Positions 34,595-44,700 of a DNA stretch of 64,000 bases are shown here, piece after piece (position 1 is the first letter of the stretch; every line of letters starts with the position of its first letter). The DNA is from Polyangiales bacterium (GTDB taxonomy: Bacteria; Myxococcota_A; Polyangia; Polyangiales; Polyangiaceae). The notes beneath the pieces are model-generated. The model had not been told where the DNA came from. It saw nothing but the letters and a program-made list of their open reading frames with translations, and searched no databases. The translations under genes and the position numbers were made by a program. The stretch lies in contig JBBRLQ010000003.1 in the NCBI GenBank assembly GCA_038231275.1, positions 44,340 to 108,339 on the forward strand, in the 5' to 3' direction.

Positions 34595-35415
34595 CGCGAC
34601 GACCCGGCATTCGATCTGCGCAGTCACGCTCCGCGACGGGCCGCGTCTCGCTCGTCGGCGCCGGGCCGGGCGACCCCGACCTCCTTACTCTCCGCGCCGT
34701 TCGCGCGCTCGGCGGGGCCGATCTCGTCCTCTACGACGCGCTCACCGACGCGCGCGTCCTCGCGTATGCGCCGCGCGCGCAGCGGTTTTGCGTCGGCAAA
34801 CGGGCCGGCCGGCCGAGCGTCGCGCAGGAGACGATCCACGCGCTCATGATCCGCGCCGCGCGCCGCGGAAAGCACGTGGTCAGGCTCAAGGCCGGCGATC
34901 CGTTCGTCCTCGGGCGCGGCGGCGAAGAGGCCATGGCGCTGGGAGACGCGGGCATCCCCGTCGAGGTGATCCCGGGTCTATCGAGCGCGATCGCGGGACC
35001 GCAAGCGGCAGGAATCCCGGTTACTCATCGCGGCGTCGCGCAGGCGTTCCTCGTCGTCTCGGCGGTCCCGCGCACGGCGTTCGACGCGATCGTGCCCGCG
35101 CCCCCGCCATTGGGCCTCACGGTCGTCGTCCTCATGGGCGTCGGCGCGCGCGCCGAGATCGCGCACGGTCTGATCGCGCGTGGATGGTCCCCCACGCATT
35201 CGGCGGCGATCGTCCTCGGCGCGCACACGCAGCGCCAGTGGTCGTGGACCGGAACACTCGCCGGCCTCGCGACGCTCGATCTCCCGGAAGAGCACGCCGA
35301 TCTGCCGGGGATTCTCGTCCTCGGAGAGGTCGCCGCCCTCGCGCCTCGGATCTCCTCCGCCCTCGCGGGCACCCTCGCACCTTCGAACGTGGAGCCACGA
35401 CATGACTACGCATGA
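34591..35415 (+). CDS. cobA: uroporphyrinogen-III C-methyltransferase
   Basis: SUMT motifs VSLVGAGPGDPDLLTLRA, KAGDPFVLGRGGEE. The ATG at 34591 is codon 251 of the track ORF. Confidence 0.9.
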   Translation: MTRRPGIRSAQSRSATGRVSLVGAGPGDPDLLTLRAVRALGGADLVLYDALTDARVLAYAPRAQRFCVGKRAGRPSVAQETIHALMIRAARRGKHVVRLKAGDPFVLGRGGEEAMALGDAGIPVEVIPGLSSAIAGPQAAGIPVTHRGVAQAFLVVSAVPRTAFDAIVPAPPPLGLTVVVLMGVGARAEIAHGLIARGWSPTHSAAIVLGAHTQRQWSWTGTLAGLATLDLPEEHADLPGILVLGEVAALAPRISSALAGTLAPSNVEPRHDYA

Positions 35416-37234
35416 GACGACCCTCGGACGCGCCTCGCTGGATTTCGCCGACGCGCGCGAGATCGACACGTTCGTGGACACCCTGGCGCGCTTCGAGCGC
35501 GGTGAGCTCGGCGCCGACGCGTGGCGCGCGTTTCGTCTCGTCGCGGGCACCTACGGCCAGCGTCAGGAAGGGGACTGGTCGATGCTCCGCGCGAAGATCC
35601 CGCAGGGGATCCTCAGCGCAGACCAGCTCGAGGCGGTCGCCACCACCGCGGATCGCTTCTCGCGCGGCTTCGCGCACCTCACGACGCGCCAGAATTTCCA
35701 GTTCCACTTCGTCCACCTCGACAAGATCGCGCCCGCGATGCAAGCGCTCGCAGAGGCCGGCCTCACGACCCGCGAGGCATGCGGCAACGCGGTCCGCAAC
35801 GTGACGACGAGCCCCAGTGCCGGCGTGGCGGTAGACGAGGTCTTCGATCCGACGCCCTACGCGCAGGCGTTCTCGCGGTACTTCTTGCGTCACCCGCTCA
35901 GCGCGGTGCTCCCGCGAAAATTCAAGGTCGCGTTCTCGGGCGGCGGCGCCGACCACTCGTTCGCACACATCAACGATCTGGGCTTTTTTGCCCGCCTGCG
36001 TGAGATCGACGGCAAGACGGTGCGCGGCTTCCGTCTCGTCGTCGCTGGCGGCAGCGCGCTCATGTGCAAGACCGGTCAGGAGCTCATCGACTTCTTGCCG
36101 GCGTCGGACATGTACGCGTTCTCGGAGGCAGTGCTCCGCGTCTTCCACGCGCGCGGCGATCGCGAGCATCGTCACAAGAACCGCCTCAAGTTCCTCGTCA
36201 AGGTGATGGGCTGGGACGCCTTCCACGCCGCGGTCCACGAGCAGCTCGCGCTCGTCCGCGCCGCGGGCACGCCGCCGTTGCCGTTCGATCCCGAGTCGCC
36301 GCCCGTCGAGGAGGCGCCGACGGCACGCGCGCCCCTGCCCACGAGCGCCGAGATCGACGCGTTCGTCGGAGTGGACGCGCCGCGCGGCCCGGGAATCGTC
36401 CCCCGCTTCTTGCCGGTGCTCGGTGACGCGGACGCCGAGCGCTTTCTGCGCACGAACGTTCAACCGCAAAAACATCAGGGATTCGTCGCCGTCACGATCG
36501 TCGTTCCCCTCGGAGACATCTCGAGCGGCCGCCTCCGCGCGGTCGCGCGCCTGTCTCGCACGTTCGGTGACGGTACCGTCCGCACGACGGCGGGACAGAA
36601 CCTCTTGCTCCGCTGGGTCCCCAAGGCCGACGTGCGCGCCTTGCATGTGCACTTGTCGCATCTCGGCCTCGCCGAGCCCGATCCCGAATCGGTCGCCGAC
36701 GTGTCGAGCTGCCCGGGCGCCGAGACCTGCAAGCTCGCGGTCACCCAATCGCGCGGGGTGGCCGAGCTCGTCTCCACCAAGTTTCGCTCCGACCGCTCGC
36801 TCGTGGATCGCGCCGCCGGCCTCGTCGTGAAGGTGAGCGGGTGCCCGAACGGCTGCGGCCTCCACCACGTCGCCGGGATCGGGCTGCAGGGCGGGCTCCG
36901 CAAGGTCGGCGATCGCGCGGTGCCGCAGTATTTCGTCTACGCGGGCGGCGATCCGTCGGGCGACGCGGCGCGCTTCGGTCGCGTCGTTGCGAAAGTGCCG
37001 GCGCGTCGCGTGCCGCAGGTCTTCGATCGCCTCATCGCCCTCTACGAGGAGAAGCGCCAGCCCGGCGAGTCGATCACGGCGTACCTGGGTCGCGCGTCGG
37101 TCCCCGAGCTCCGCGCCGCACTCGCCGATCTCGAGAAGCTCGACGTGCAATCCGCGCGCGACGACGACTTCGTCGACGTAGGCGACGCGAGCGAGTTCAA
37201 GCCGGAAACCAGCGAAGGCGAGTGCGCCGCCTAA
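35402..37234 (+). CDS. sir: sulfite reductase (ferredoxin/haemoprotein type, nitrite/sulfite reductase family)
   Basis: Siroheme/4Fe-4S Cys clusters (SCPGAETCK ... SGCPNGCG) and duplicated NiR/SiR ferredoxin-like halves. The ATG at 35402 is codon 75 of the track ORF and overlaps the cobA 3' end by 14 nt. Confidence 0.9.
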   Translation: MTTHETTLGRASLDFADAREIDTFVDTLARFERGELGADAWRAFRLVAGTYGQRQEGDWSMLRAKIPQGILSADQLEAVATTADRFSRGFAHLTTRQNFQFHFVHLDKIAPAMQALAEAGLTTREACGNAVRNVTTSPSAGVAVDEVFDPTPYAQAFSRYFLRHPLSAVLPRKFKVAFSGGGADHSFAHINDLGFFARLREIDGKTVRGFRLVVAGGSALMCKTGQELIDFLPASDMYAFSEAVLRVFHARGDREHRHKNRLKFLVKVMGWDAFHAAVHEQLALVRAAGTPPLPFDPESPPVEEAPTARAPLPTSAEIDAFVGVDAPRGPGIVPRFLPVLGDADAERFLRTNVQPQKHQGFVAVTIVVPLGDISSGRLRAVARLSRTFGDGTVRTTAGQNLLLRWVPKADVRALHVHLSHLGLAEPDPESVADVSSCPGAETCKLAVTQSRGVAELVSTKFRSDRSLVDRAAGLVVKVSGCPNGCGLHHVAGIGLQGGLRKVGDRAVPQYFVYAGGDPSGDAARFGRVVAKVPARRVPQVFDRLIALYEEKRQPGESITAYLGRASVPELRAALADLEKLDVQSARDDDFVDVGDASEFKPETSEGECAA

Positions 37235-37280
37235 CCCGGCGCGTTACCGTGACAAAGAAGGGGCGGGTGCCCCCGACCCG

Positions 37281-38342
37281 TCACGGGGATGCCGACTTCG
37301 CGAACGCGCGCGCTCCGCGCAACTGCACGTAGACGAGCTCGCCCGCGCGGAGGTCGAGCGCGTCGCGACGCTCGCGGCCAAGCTCAGCGAAGAATGTGAA
37401 GGGGTCGCCCTCGCGCGACAACGCCACGCGCGCGCCGCGAGGGCTCGGGTGGACGGCTCGAACGCGCATCGGGACGGCGTCGCTGTCACCCGTCCGCGCC
37501 AGCTCGATGTCCTCTGGGCGCACGTACGCGACGACGTCGGTTCCATTTGGCTCGCCGACCTCCGCGCGCAGCGGTCCCCACGCCGCCTCGACGTGTCCGT
37601 CGGCCGCGCGGCCACGGATGGCGTTCGCTTCACCGAGGAACTCGTACACCTCCGCGCTCGCCGGCCGCGCGTACACCTCGTCCGGGCGGCCGACCTGCGC
37701 CACACGCCCGCCCACGAGCACCGCCACGCGATCGGCCACCGCCATCGCCTCCTCTTGATCGTGCGTCACGAACACGCTCGTCACGTGCAGCTCGTCGTGG
37801 AGCTGACGCAGCCAGCGCCGGAGCTCTTTGCGGACCTGCGCGTCGAGCGCGCCGAAGGGCTCGTCGAGGAGGAGCAGCCGCGGCTCGATCGCCAGCGCGC
37901 GCGCTAGGGCCACGCGCTGGCGCTGCCCGCCGGACACCTCATGGGGCCTGCGGGCGGCGAGCTGCTCGAGGCGCACCAGCTCCAAGAGACGCATCACACG
38001 CTTCTTGATCTCCGTCTCGTCCGGCCTTTTATTTCGCGGCAAGACGCGCAAACCGAACGCGACGTTCTCGAACACGCTCATGTGCTGAAAGAGCGCGTAA
38101 TGCTGGAAAACGAAGCCGATCCGTCGCTCCGCAGGATCGACGGCGGTGAGATCGTCTCCCTCGCAGGTGACCGAGCCACCGTCCTGGCACTCGAGGCCCG
38201 CGAGGATTCGCAAGAGCGTCGTCTTCCCCGAACCGGACGGACCGAGGAGGGCCAAGAGCTCGCCACGCCCCACCTGGAGCGACACGTCGTCGAGCGCCTT
38301 GAACGCGCCGAAGCGCTTGGTCAACGAGCGGATGTCGATCAC
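37281..38342 (-). CDS. cysA: sulfate/thiosulfate ABC transporter ATP-binding protein
   Basis: Walker [13 protein letters not shown] signature [13 protein letters not shown], Walker [12 protein letters not shown], plus a C-terminal TOBE-like domain. GTG start at 38342 overlaps the cysW stop (GTGA). Confidence 0.9.
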   Translation of the reverse strand: MIDIRSLTKRFGAFKALDDVSLQVGRGELLALLGPSGSGKTTLLRILAGLECQDGGSVTCEGDDLTAVDPAERRIGFVFQHYALFQHMSVFENVAFGLRVLPRNKRPDETEIKKRVMRLLELVRLEQLAARRPHEVSGGQRQRVALARALAIEPRLLLLDEPFGALDAQVRKELRRWLRQLHDELHVTSVFVTHDQEEAMAVADRVAVLVGGRVAQVGRPDEVYARPASAEVYEFLGEANAIRGRAADGHVEAAWGPLRAEVGEPNGTDVVAYVRPEDIELARTGDSDAVPMRVRAVHPSPRGARVALSREGDPFTFFAELGRERRDALDLRAGELVYVQLRGARAFAKSASP

Positions 38343-39169
38343 GCGAGTGCCCTCGTCTCGTCGGGGTCGGTGCGTCGCTCGACCGCGCTCTTCACCACCA
38401 GCGTGACCACCGCGAGGAGCAAGAGCAACGACGCGACGGCGAACGCGCCCGCGAAGTCGTACTCGTTGTAGAGGATCTCCACCTGGAGCGGCATCGTGCT
38501 GGTGCGCCCGCGGATGTGGCCCGAGACGACCGACACCGCGCCGAACTCGCCCATTGCGCGCGCGTTGCAGAGGAGCACGCCGTACACGAGGCCCCATCGG
38601 ATCTTCGGGAGCGTCACGCGACGAAACACCTGCCAGCCGCTCGCGCCGAGCGTCACGGCGGCCTGCTCTTCCTCGATGCCCTGCGCCTGCATGACGGTCA
38701 TGAGCTCGCGCGCGACGAACGGAAACGTGACGAACGTCGTCGCGAGCACCAGCGCAAGCGGCGTGAAGAGGACCCGGACGCCGTGCGCGAGGAGCCACGG
38801 GCCCATGACGCCGCGCGCGCCGAAGAGGATGACGAAGACCAGCCCAGAGATGACCGGCGACACCGAGAGCGGCAGATCGATCAACGTGACGATCACGCTC
38901 TTTCCCGGGAAATCACCCCGCGTCAGGGCCCACGCCACCGCGACGCCGAACACGGTGTTCAGCACGACCGCCGAGCCCGCCGTGAGGAGCGTGAGGCGCA
39001 TCGCGGACTGCGTCTCGGTCGACGTGACGGCGGCGACGTACGCGGCGACGCCACGCGAGAGGGCGCCAGCGACGACCGCCGCGACGGGCACGACGAGGAC
39101 GACGAGCAAGAAGAGGCCGACGGCGAGCCCCAGCGCGACCGGCGCGAACGAACGACGCCGGCGGATCAC
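38339..39169 (-). CDS. cysW: sulfate ABC transporter permease
   Basis: ABC permease EAA-like loop and 6 TM helices. GTG start at 39169 (codon 196 of the track ORF) overlaps the cysT stop (GTGA). Confidence 0.85.
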   Translation of the reverse strand: MIRRRRSFAPVALGLAVGLFLLVVLVVPVAAVVAGALSRGVAAYVAAVTSTETQSAMRLTLLTAGSAVVLNTVFGVAVAWALTRGDFPGKSVIVTLIDLPLSVSPVISGLVFVILFGARGVMGPWLLAHGVRVLFTPLALVLATTFVTFPFVARELMTVMQAQGIEEEQAAVTLGASGWQVFRRVTLPKIRWGLVYGVLLCNARAMGEFGAVSVVSGHIRGRTSTMPLQVEILYNEYDFAGAFAVASLLLLLAVVTLVVKSAVERRTDPDETRALA

Positions 39170-40047
39170 GATGCCGCTACTTTGCGCGCCGCGCGACGCT
39201 GGAGGACGTTCACGACGAGAAGGAGCGAGAACGACGCGCCGAGCATCACCGCCGCGATCGCCGCCGCGCCCGCGTAGTCGTACTGCTCGAGCTTGCCGAC
39301 GACGAGGAGCGTCGTCACCTCGGTGCGCATCGGCATGTTGCCGGCGATGAAGACGACCGAGCCGTACTCGCCGAGCGCGCGCGCGAACGCCAGCGTGAAG
39401 CCGGTCAGCACCGCCGGCCACACCGCCGGAAAAATGACGCGAAAGAAGGTCTGGAGGGGTCGCGCGCCGAGCAGAAGCGCGGCCTCCTCCGACTCGCGAT
39501 CGAGCTCGAGCAGGGCGACCTGCACCGTGCGCACGACGAACGGCAGCGACACGAAGCTCAGCGCGATGACGATGCCGAGCGGCGTGTACGAGCCCTTCAC
39601 GCCGATGACGTCGAGGCCGCGTCCGAGCCATCCGTTCGGCGAATACAGCGTTGCCAGCGTGATGCCGGCGACCGCGGTCGGCAGCGCGAACGGCAAGTCG
39701 ATCGCCGCGTCGACGAGCCGCCTCCCGGGGAACCGATACCGCACGAGCACCCACGCGGTCGCGAAGCCGAAGACGCAGTCGACCAGCGCGGCGACGAGGG
39801 AGGTGCCGAACGTCAGTCGATACGACGCGACGACGCGCGCGTCGGTCACCGCGCTCAGGAACGCGCCGGCGCCGCGCTCACCGCTCTTCGCGAGGAGCGC
39901 CGCGAGCGGCAAGAGCACGAGGAGCGACAGATATGTCAGCGCCAGGCCGAGGGTCATCCCCACGCCGCGAAAGACGCGAGGCGAACGACGGCGCGCTTCG
40001 GCCGGCGCCGCGGTGCGCGACGAAGGTACAGGGACGGCGACCTGCAC
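39166..40047 (-). CDS. cysT: sulfate ABC transporter permease
   Basis: Polytopic ABC permease. Start is either GTG at 40047 (3 nt after the sbp stop) or ATG at 39957 (MTLGLALTYL...). Confidence 0.85.
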   Translation of the reverse strand: MQVAVPVPSSRTAAPAEARRRSPRVFRGVGMTLGLALTYLSLLVLLPLAALLAKSGERGAGAFLSAVTDARVVASYRLTFGTSLVAALVDCVFGFATAWVLVRYRFPGRRLVDAAIDLPFALPTAVAGITLATLYSPNGWLGRGLDVIGVKGSYTPLGIVIALSFVSLPFVVRTVQVALLELDRESEEAALLLGARPLQTFFRVIFPAVWPAVLTGFTLAFARALGEYGSVVFIAGNMPMRTEVTTLLVVGKLEQYDYAGAAAIAAVMLGASFSLLLVVNVLQRRAARKVAAS

Positions 40048-40050
40048 CGG

Positions 40051-41082
40051 TCACCTCACCCCGGGCCGGTAGATCTGATCGAACGCGGCGCCGTCGACGA
40101 AGTGATCCTTTTGCGCATTTTTCCACCCGCCGAACACCTCGTCCACGGAGAAGAGCGGGATCGCCGCGACGTGCAGCGCGTCGGTCGCCGGACGCCGCGC
40201 CCGGTAACCGTGGCGCCCCACGATGCGCTGACCGTCGTCCGTGTAGAGGAATTCGAGGTAGGCCTGCGCGACGGCGCGGGTGCCGCGGCGATCGACGACG
40301 CGATCGACTACAGCGACCGGCGGCTCCGCGAGCACGCTCTCCTTGGGCGCGACGACCTCGAGCTTGTCGTTGCCGAGCTCCTTCACCGCGAGGTGCGCCT
40401 CGCTCTCCCACGCGAGCAGCACGTCGCCGATGCCTCGCTCGGTGAAGCTGGTGGTCGCCCCGCGCGCGCCGGAGTCGAGCACCGCGACGCTCCGGTACAT
40501 CTTGGCGACGTACTCGCGCGCGCTGGCGTCGGTCGCGCCGGGCTGGCGCTTCGCCCATCCGTACGCGGCGAGGTAGATCCACCGCGCGCCACCGCTCGTC
40601 TTCGGGTTCGGGGCGACGATCGACACGCCATCCTTCACGAGATCAGGCCAGTCGCGAACGCCCTTGGGGTTGCCCTTGCGGACGAGGAACACGATCGTCG
40701 ACGCGTAGGCCGTGCTGTTGTCGGGGAGGCGCTTTTGCCACGCCGGATCGATGAGCCCGGCCTCGGCGATCGCGTCGATGTCGTAGGCGAGGCCCAGCGT
40801 GACGACGTCCGCGTCGAGGCCGTCGATCACAGCGCGGGCCTGTTTCCCCGAGCCGCCGTGCGATTGCTTCACGGTGACGACTTGGCCGGTCTTGGCCTCC
40901 CAGTGCGCGGCGAAGGCGCGATCGATCTCCTCGTAGAGCTCGCGCGTCGGATCGTACGACACGTTCAGGATCTCGACGGGCGCGAGGCCGCCGTTCGTGC
41001 GCGCCTCGCCGCCGCGGCTGCAGCTGCCGGCGATGCCGAAGAGGACGAGGGACGAGAAGAAGACGACGGGACGCCAGTTCAT
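40051..41082 (-). CDS. sbp: sulfate/thiosulfate-binding periplasmic protein
   Basis: Signal peptide plus the Sbp/CysP family fold ([38 protein letters not shown]). Confidence 0.9.
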   Translation of the reverse strand: MNWRPVVFFSSLVLFGIAGSCSRGGEARTNGGLAPVEILNVSYDPTRELYEEIDRAFAAHWEAKTGQVVTVKQSHGGSGKQARAVIDGLDADVVTLGLAYDIDAIAEAGLIDPAWQKRLPDNSTAYASTIVFLVRKGNPKGVRDWPDLVKDGVSIVAPNPKTSGGARWIYLAAYGWAKRQPGATDASAREYVAKMYRSVAVLDSGARGATTSFTERGIGDVLLAWESEAHLAVKELGNDKLEVVAPKESVLAEPPVAVVDRVVDRRGTRAVAQAYLEFLYTDDGQRIVGRHGYRARRPATDALHVAAIPLFSVDEVFGGWKNAQKDHFVDGAAFDQIYRPGVR

Positions 41083-41104
41083 CGAGCTCCTCCTCGCGTT
41101 CCGC

Positions 41105-41569
41105 CTAGAACTGCACGCCGAATCGGAAGCTCATTTCGTGCAGCGTCGTGAGCCGCGACCGGTCGGGCAGCGCGTAGTACACGTAGTTCGCCGAGACGCG
41201 GACGTGGCGCGTCGCCCAGTAGCTGGTGACGAACGAGAGCGCGTTGTCCGGCCCGAGCGAGGAGAGGCCCGGCCCCGCCCACACGATGCCATCGGCGTGC
41301 GCTCGGCCCTGGACGTAGAGCCGGAAGTGATCCGGCGTGTCTCGTAAAAGGAACACGCCGTCGTGCCAACCGGCGAGGCGCGACGCAAGGTCCGGCGTCG
41401 GTGGAGCGGGCGGAGCGGGATCGGCCGGCGGCGGCGGTGCGGTGGTCTCCAGCGAAGGACACTCGGGCAGCGGCTCCGACGTCGGTTATTGCGCACGCGC
41501 CGACGCCGGAACGCCGACCACGAGCGTATTTGCCAGGAGCAAGAGAGCGCGGATGGGAGCTCGTCCCAT
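41105..41569 (-). pseudogene. outer-membrane-protein-like gene interrupted by an in-frame TAA directly after its signal peptide
   Basis: Signal peptide MGRAPIRALLLLANTLVVGVPASARAQ, then TAA (41486-41488). The same frame continues into a Pro-rich segment and a C-terminal beta-strand region ending ...[26 protein letters not shown], with the aromatic C-terminal residue typical of OMPs. Frame continuity checked by hand. Confidence 0.35.
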
Positions 41570-41741
41570 GAATCGTCCTCGATCGCGGCTCCTCCAGTCG
41601 ACGGGTCGGCATTGCCTATTCTCTGCAGGGGTTGGCCCTCCACGCTGGCGATCGCGGCGAGGACTTGTTCTCCCGCGTCGGCAGGATCCGGCGTGGGTCC
41701 GTCGACGCGGGTGAGATGGGGGCGCCGAATCCTCTAAAACA

Positions 41742-41770
41742 GATATACGTCCGTTATAACGAACGGTCAA
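41742..41770 (-). promoter_or_regulatory. sigma-70-like promoter candidate (minus strand: TTGACC-N17-TATATC) whose spacer carries copy 2 of the CGTTATAACGAAC motif; it would drive the OMP-like/sbp-cysTWA operon
   Basis: On the minus strand: CTTGACCgttcgttataacggacgTATATCt. A -35/-10 pair with 17-nt spacing is the only such pair evident upstream of the operon. Confidence 0.4.
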
Positions 41771-41798
41771 GCCGCCACGACGGGGCCGGCTTTTCTGG

Positions 41799-44700
41799 TC
41801 AGCCCCAGGAGGCCGCAAGCGCGACGGTCCGGGCGTTCTCCGGAACAGCCTCAAGGAAGCTCCTACGCAGCGCCGGGTCGCGCAGGCGCTGGGCGCGCAC
41901 GTCCAAGCGGTCGCGCGCTGCCGTGATCGCCGCGCGCGCGCCGGGGAGATCGCCCGACGCGTGGAGAGCCTCCGCGTGGACGAGCCGCACGAGCGCCTCT
42001 CCTTCTTCGACGCCGCCGAGCGACTCGAGCAGTCCGATCGCGGTGGTCGCCGCAGTGAGCGCCTCGTCGTGCGCGCCGCGGGCGAGGAGCACCTTCGCGA
42101 GCACGCCCGAGGCGACGGCGAGCGTGGGCGGGATGTTCTTGACCACGTCGATCGCCGCGCGGACCTCGCGCTCGGCCTCATCGAGCTCGTGGCGCATCTC
42201 GTGGATCATGGCGAGGTAGACGAGGGAGCCGCCCATGATGCGCGGATCGCCTTGCTGCTTGGCCAGCGCGACCGCGTCGGCCTCCACGGCGACGGCCTCG
42301 TCGAGCGCGCCGAGGCGGGCGAGGACGAGCCCCAGGTTGTGCTTCGCCGCCGTCATCACGTAGAGGAGGCCCGCGCGCTCGGCGTTGGCGAGGGCTTCGC
42401 GGAGCGCCCGGCCGGCCTCGGCGAACGCGCCGCATTTCATGAAGGCGTAGCCGGCGTTGACGCTCGCGATGCAGACGTTTCGCGCCGCGCCGACGCGCTG
42501 GAAGCTCGCGATCGCCGCGCGCACGAGCCCGAGGTAGCGCTCGTCGTCGCCCGCGACCATCGCAAGCGCCGCGTGGGCCTCGTGCGTGCGCGCGAGCGCG
42601 ATCGGATCGAGCGTCACGCTCTCGGCGGCCTCGAGCTCCTTGGCGACCTCCGCCGCGAGCTCCGGGTGGCCGGCGAAAAGCAGCACAGGCACCGCACGCG
42701 CGAACGCCGTCACCCGTCGCGGTCCCGCGTTCGGCGGCGCCGCTTGCACGGCACGCACGGTCTCGATGAGCCGCGCATGATCCTGGAGCCTCCCGTTCGC
42801 GACGATCGCCTCGGCGGCCGCCCCGTACCAAAGCGCGCCGCCGGGCTCGAGATCGCGGAGCGCGGCCTCGGCCTCGGCGGCGGCGGCCGCGTGTTCTCCG
42901 CGCCAGTTGTGCGCCTCCGACGCGAGGTATCGGCACGAGCCGAGCGTCGCGCCTGCCGCGCCGCACGCGATCGCCTTGGCGCTGCGGGCGATCGTGGCTT
43001 CCAGATCGCTCCCGTCGAGCGCCTGCTCGGCCGCGCGGTGATACCAGGCGACGGCGCGCGTGGGCTCGCCGCCTCGCTCGAAGTGCTCGGCCAACACCGC
43101 TGCGCTCCGCTCGCCCGCCACCTCGAGCCACTCGCCGGCCAGCTTGTGCCCGAGCTGGCGATCCTCGTCGGTGAGCATCGCGTTGGCGGCCTCTCGAATG
43201 AGCGCGTGACGGAATACGTACTCGGCCTCGCCCGGGAATTTCACCTCGCCGCGCCGCACGATGAGCTCGTTCTCGCAGAGGCTCTGGAACTGCTCGGTCA
43301 GATCCGCCGACCGATCGCGCCCGCCGAGCAGCGCCATGATGCCGCCCTTCCAGAACGTCTCGCCGAACACGCTCGCGGCGCGGAGGAGGAGGCGCGACGA
43401 CGGATCGAGCCGCTCCAGGCGCGCTTGCGCCATCGCGAGCACGGTCTCCGGCAGCTCGTCGCCGCGTCCTTGCGCGACGCTGCGGATCAGCTCCTCGAGG
43501 TAGAACGCGTTGCCTTGTGCACGGTCGACGACGCGGAGGACGTCGCTCTCGGCTGCGGCGTCGCCCAATGTGTCGCGCGCGAACCGTGTTGCCGCCTTCC
43601 TGCTCATCTCGCCGAGGCGCATCGTCGTCACCGCGCGGCCTGCCCACAGCTGCGGGAAGAGCTCGAGCAGCTCGGGTCGCCCCAGCGCGAGGACCATGAC
43701 CGCGCGATCGCGCGCCTCCCGGAGGAGCGCGTCGATGAAGCGCACGCTCGGCAAGTCGCCCCAGTGCAGATCTTCCAGGATTAGGAGGACGGGCTGTGCG
43801 CTCGCCTCCGCGAGCACGAAGTCGACCCACGCCGCGCGCATCTGATCGCCCATCAGCATCGCGTCGTGACGCGCGACGTGCAGGGCCTCGCTCTCGTCGT
43901 CGGGAAAGTGAATGCCGACGACCTCTCCGAGGAACTCCGTCACGCGCTGCACGTCCTTGGGCGGCACGTGGCGGCCGATGCGCGCGCGGAGCTTGCGCTG
44001 TCTCGCCGCGAGCGGCTCTCCGTCTTGCACCGCGGCGGCGCCGAGGACGAGCGGCGCGATCATCCCGAACGGCGAGCCGGCGCTCATCGGATCGCCGCGA
44101 GTGAGCCAGGTCGACACTTCGGCGCCGCGCTCGCGTAGACGCTGGACCAGCTCGTACCGAACACGACTCTTGCCGACGCCGCTCGGCGCTGTGATGACGA
44201 CCGCCTGCGCCGTCGGCTCGGCGACGCACTCCTCGAAGATCCCGACCAGCGTGGCGAGCTCTCGCTCTCGGCCGTAGCAAGGATACGGGCGCCCCATGAG
44301 CGTGCGCGTCGCCTCGACGACCGTCCGCTCCCCCACGAGCTCGAGACCCGCCGCGTCGCCGCGCACGTCGAAGCGCGCGTCGAGGAGGCCCGCCGTCGCT
44401 TCGTCGATGCGCACCGGGCGCGCCTCTCCAAGCGCCACGTCGCGGGTCAGCGGATCGCGGAGGAGCGACGCCGCGCGATCGATCGCGTCGCCGACCGGCA
44501 GTCTTCCGGTGAGGACGCTCCGCCCCGTCGCCAGGCTCATCGGCACCCCGCGCGCGACGTGTCGCATCGCGAGCGCACACCTCGCCGCGCGCGCCGCCTG
44601 ATCGGTCGCGCTCGCCGTGCTCGCCAGCGTCGCGATCACCGCTCCGTTCGCCAGCGACTCCACCTCTGCACCGAACGGAACCGCCACCTCGCGAACGCGG

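Noticed and set aside
35132-37150. 672-aa minus-strand ORF
   Set aside because: Antisense to the sulfite reductase gene, which has clear siroheme/Fe-S motifs.
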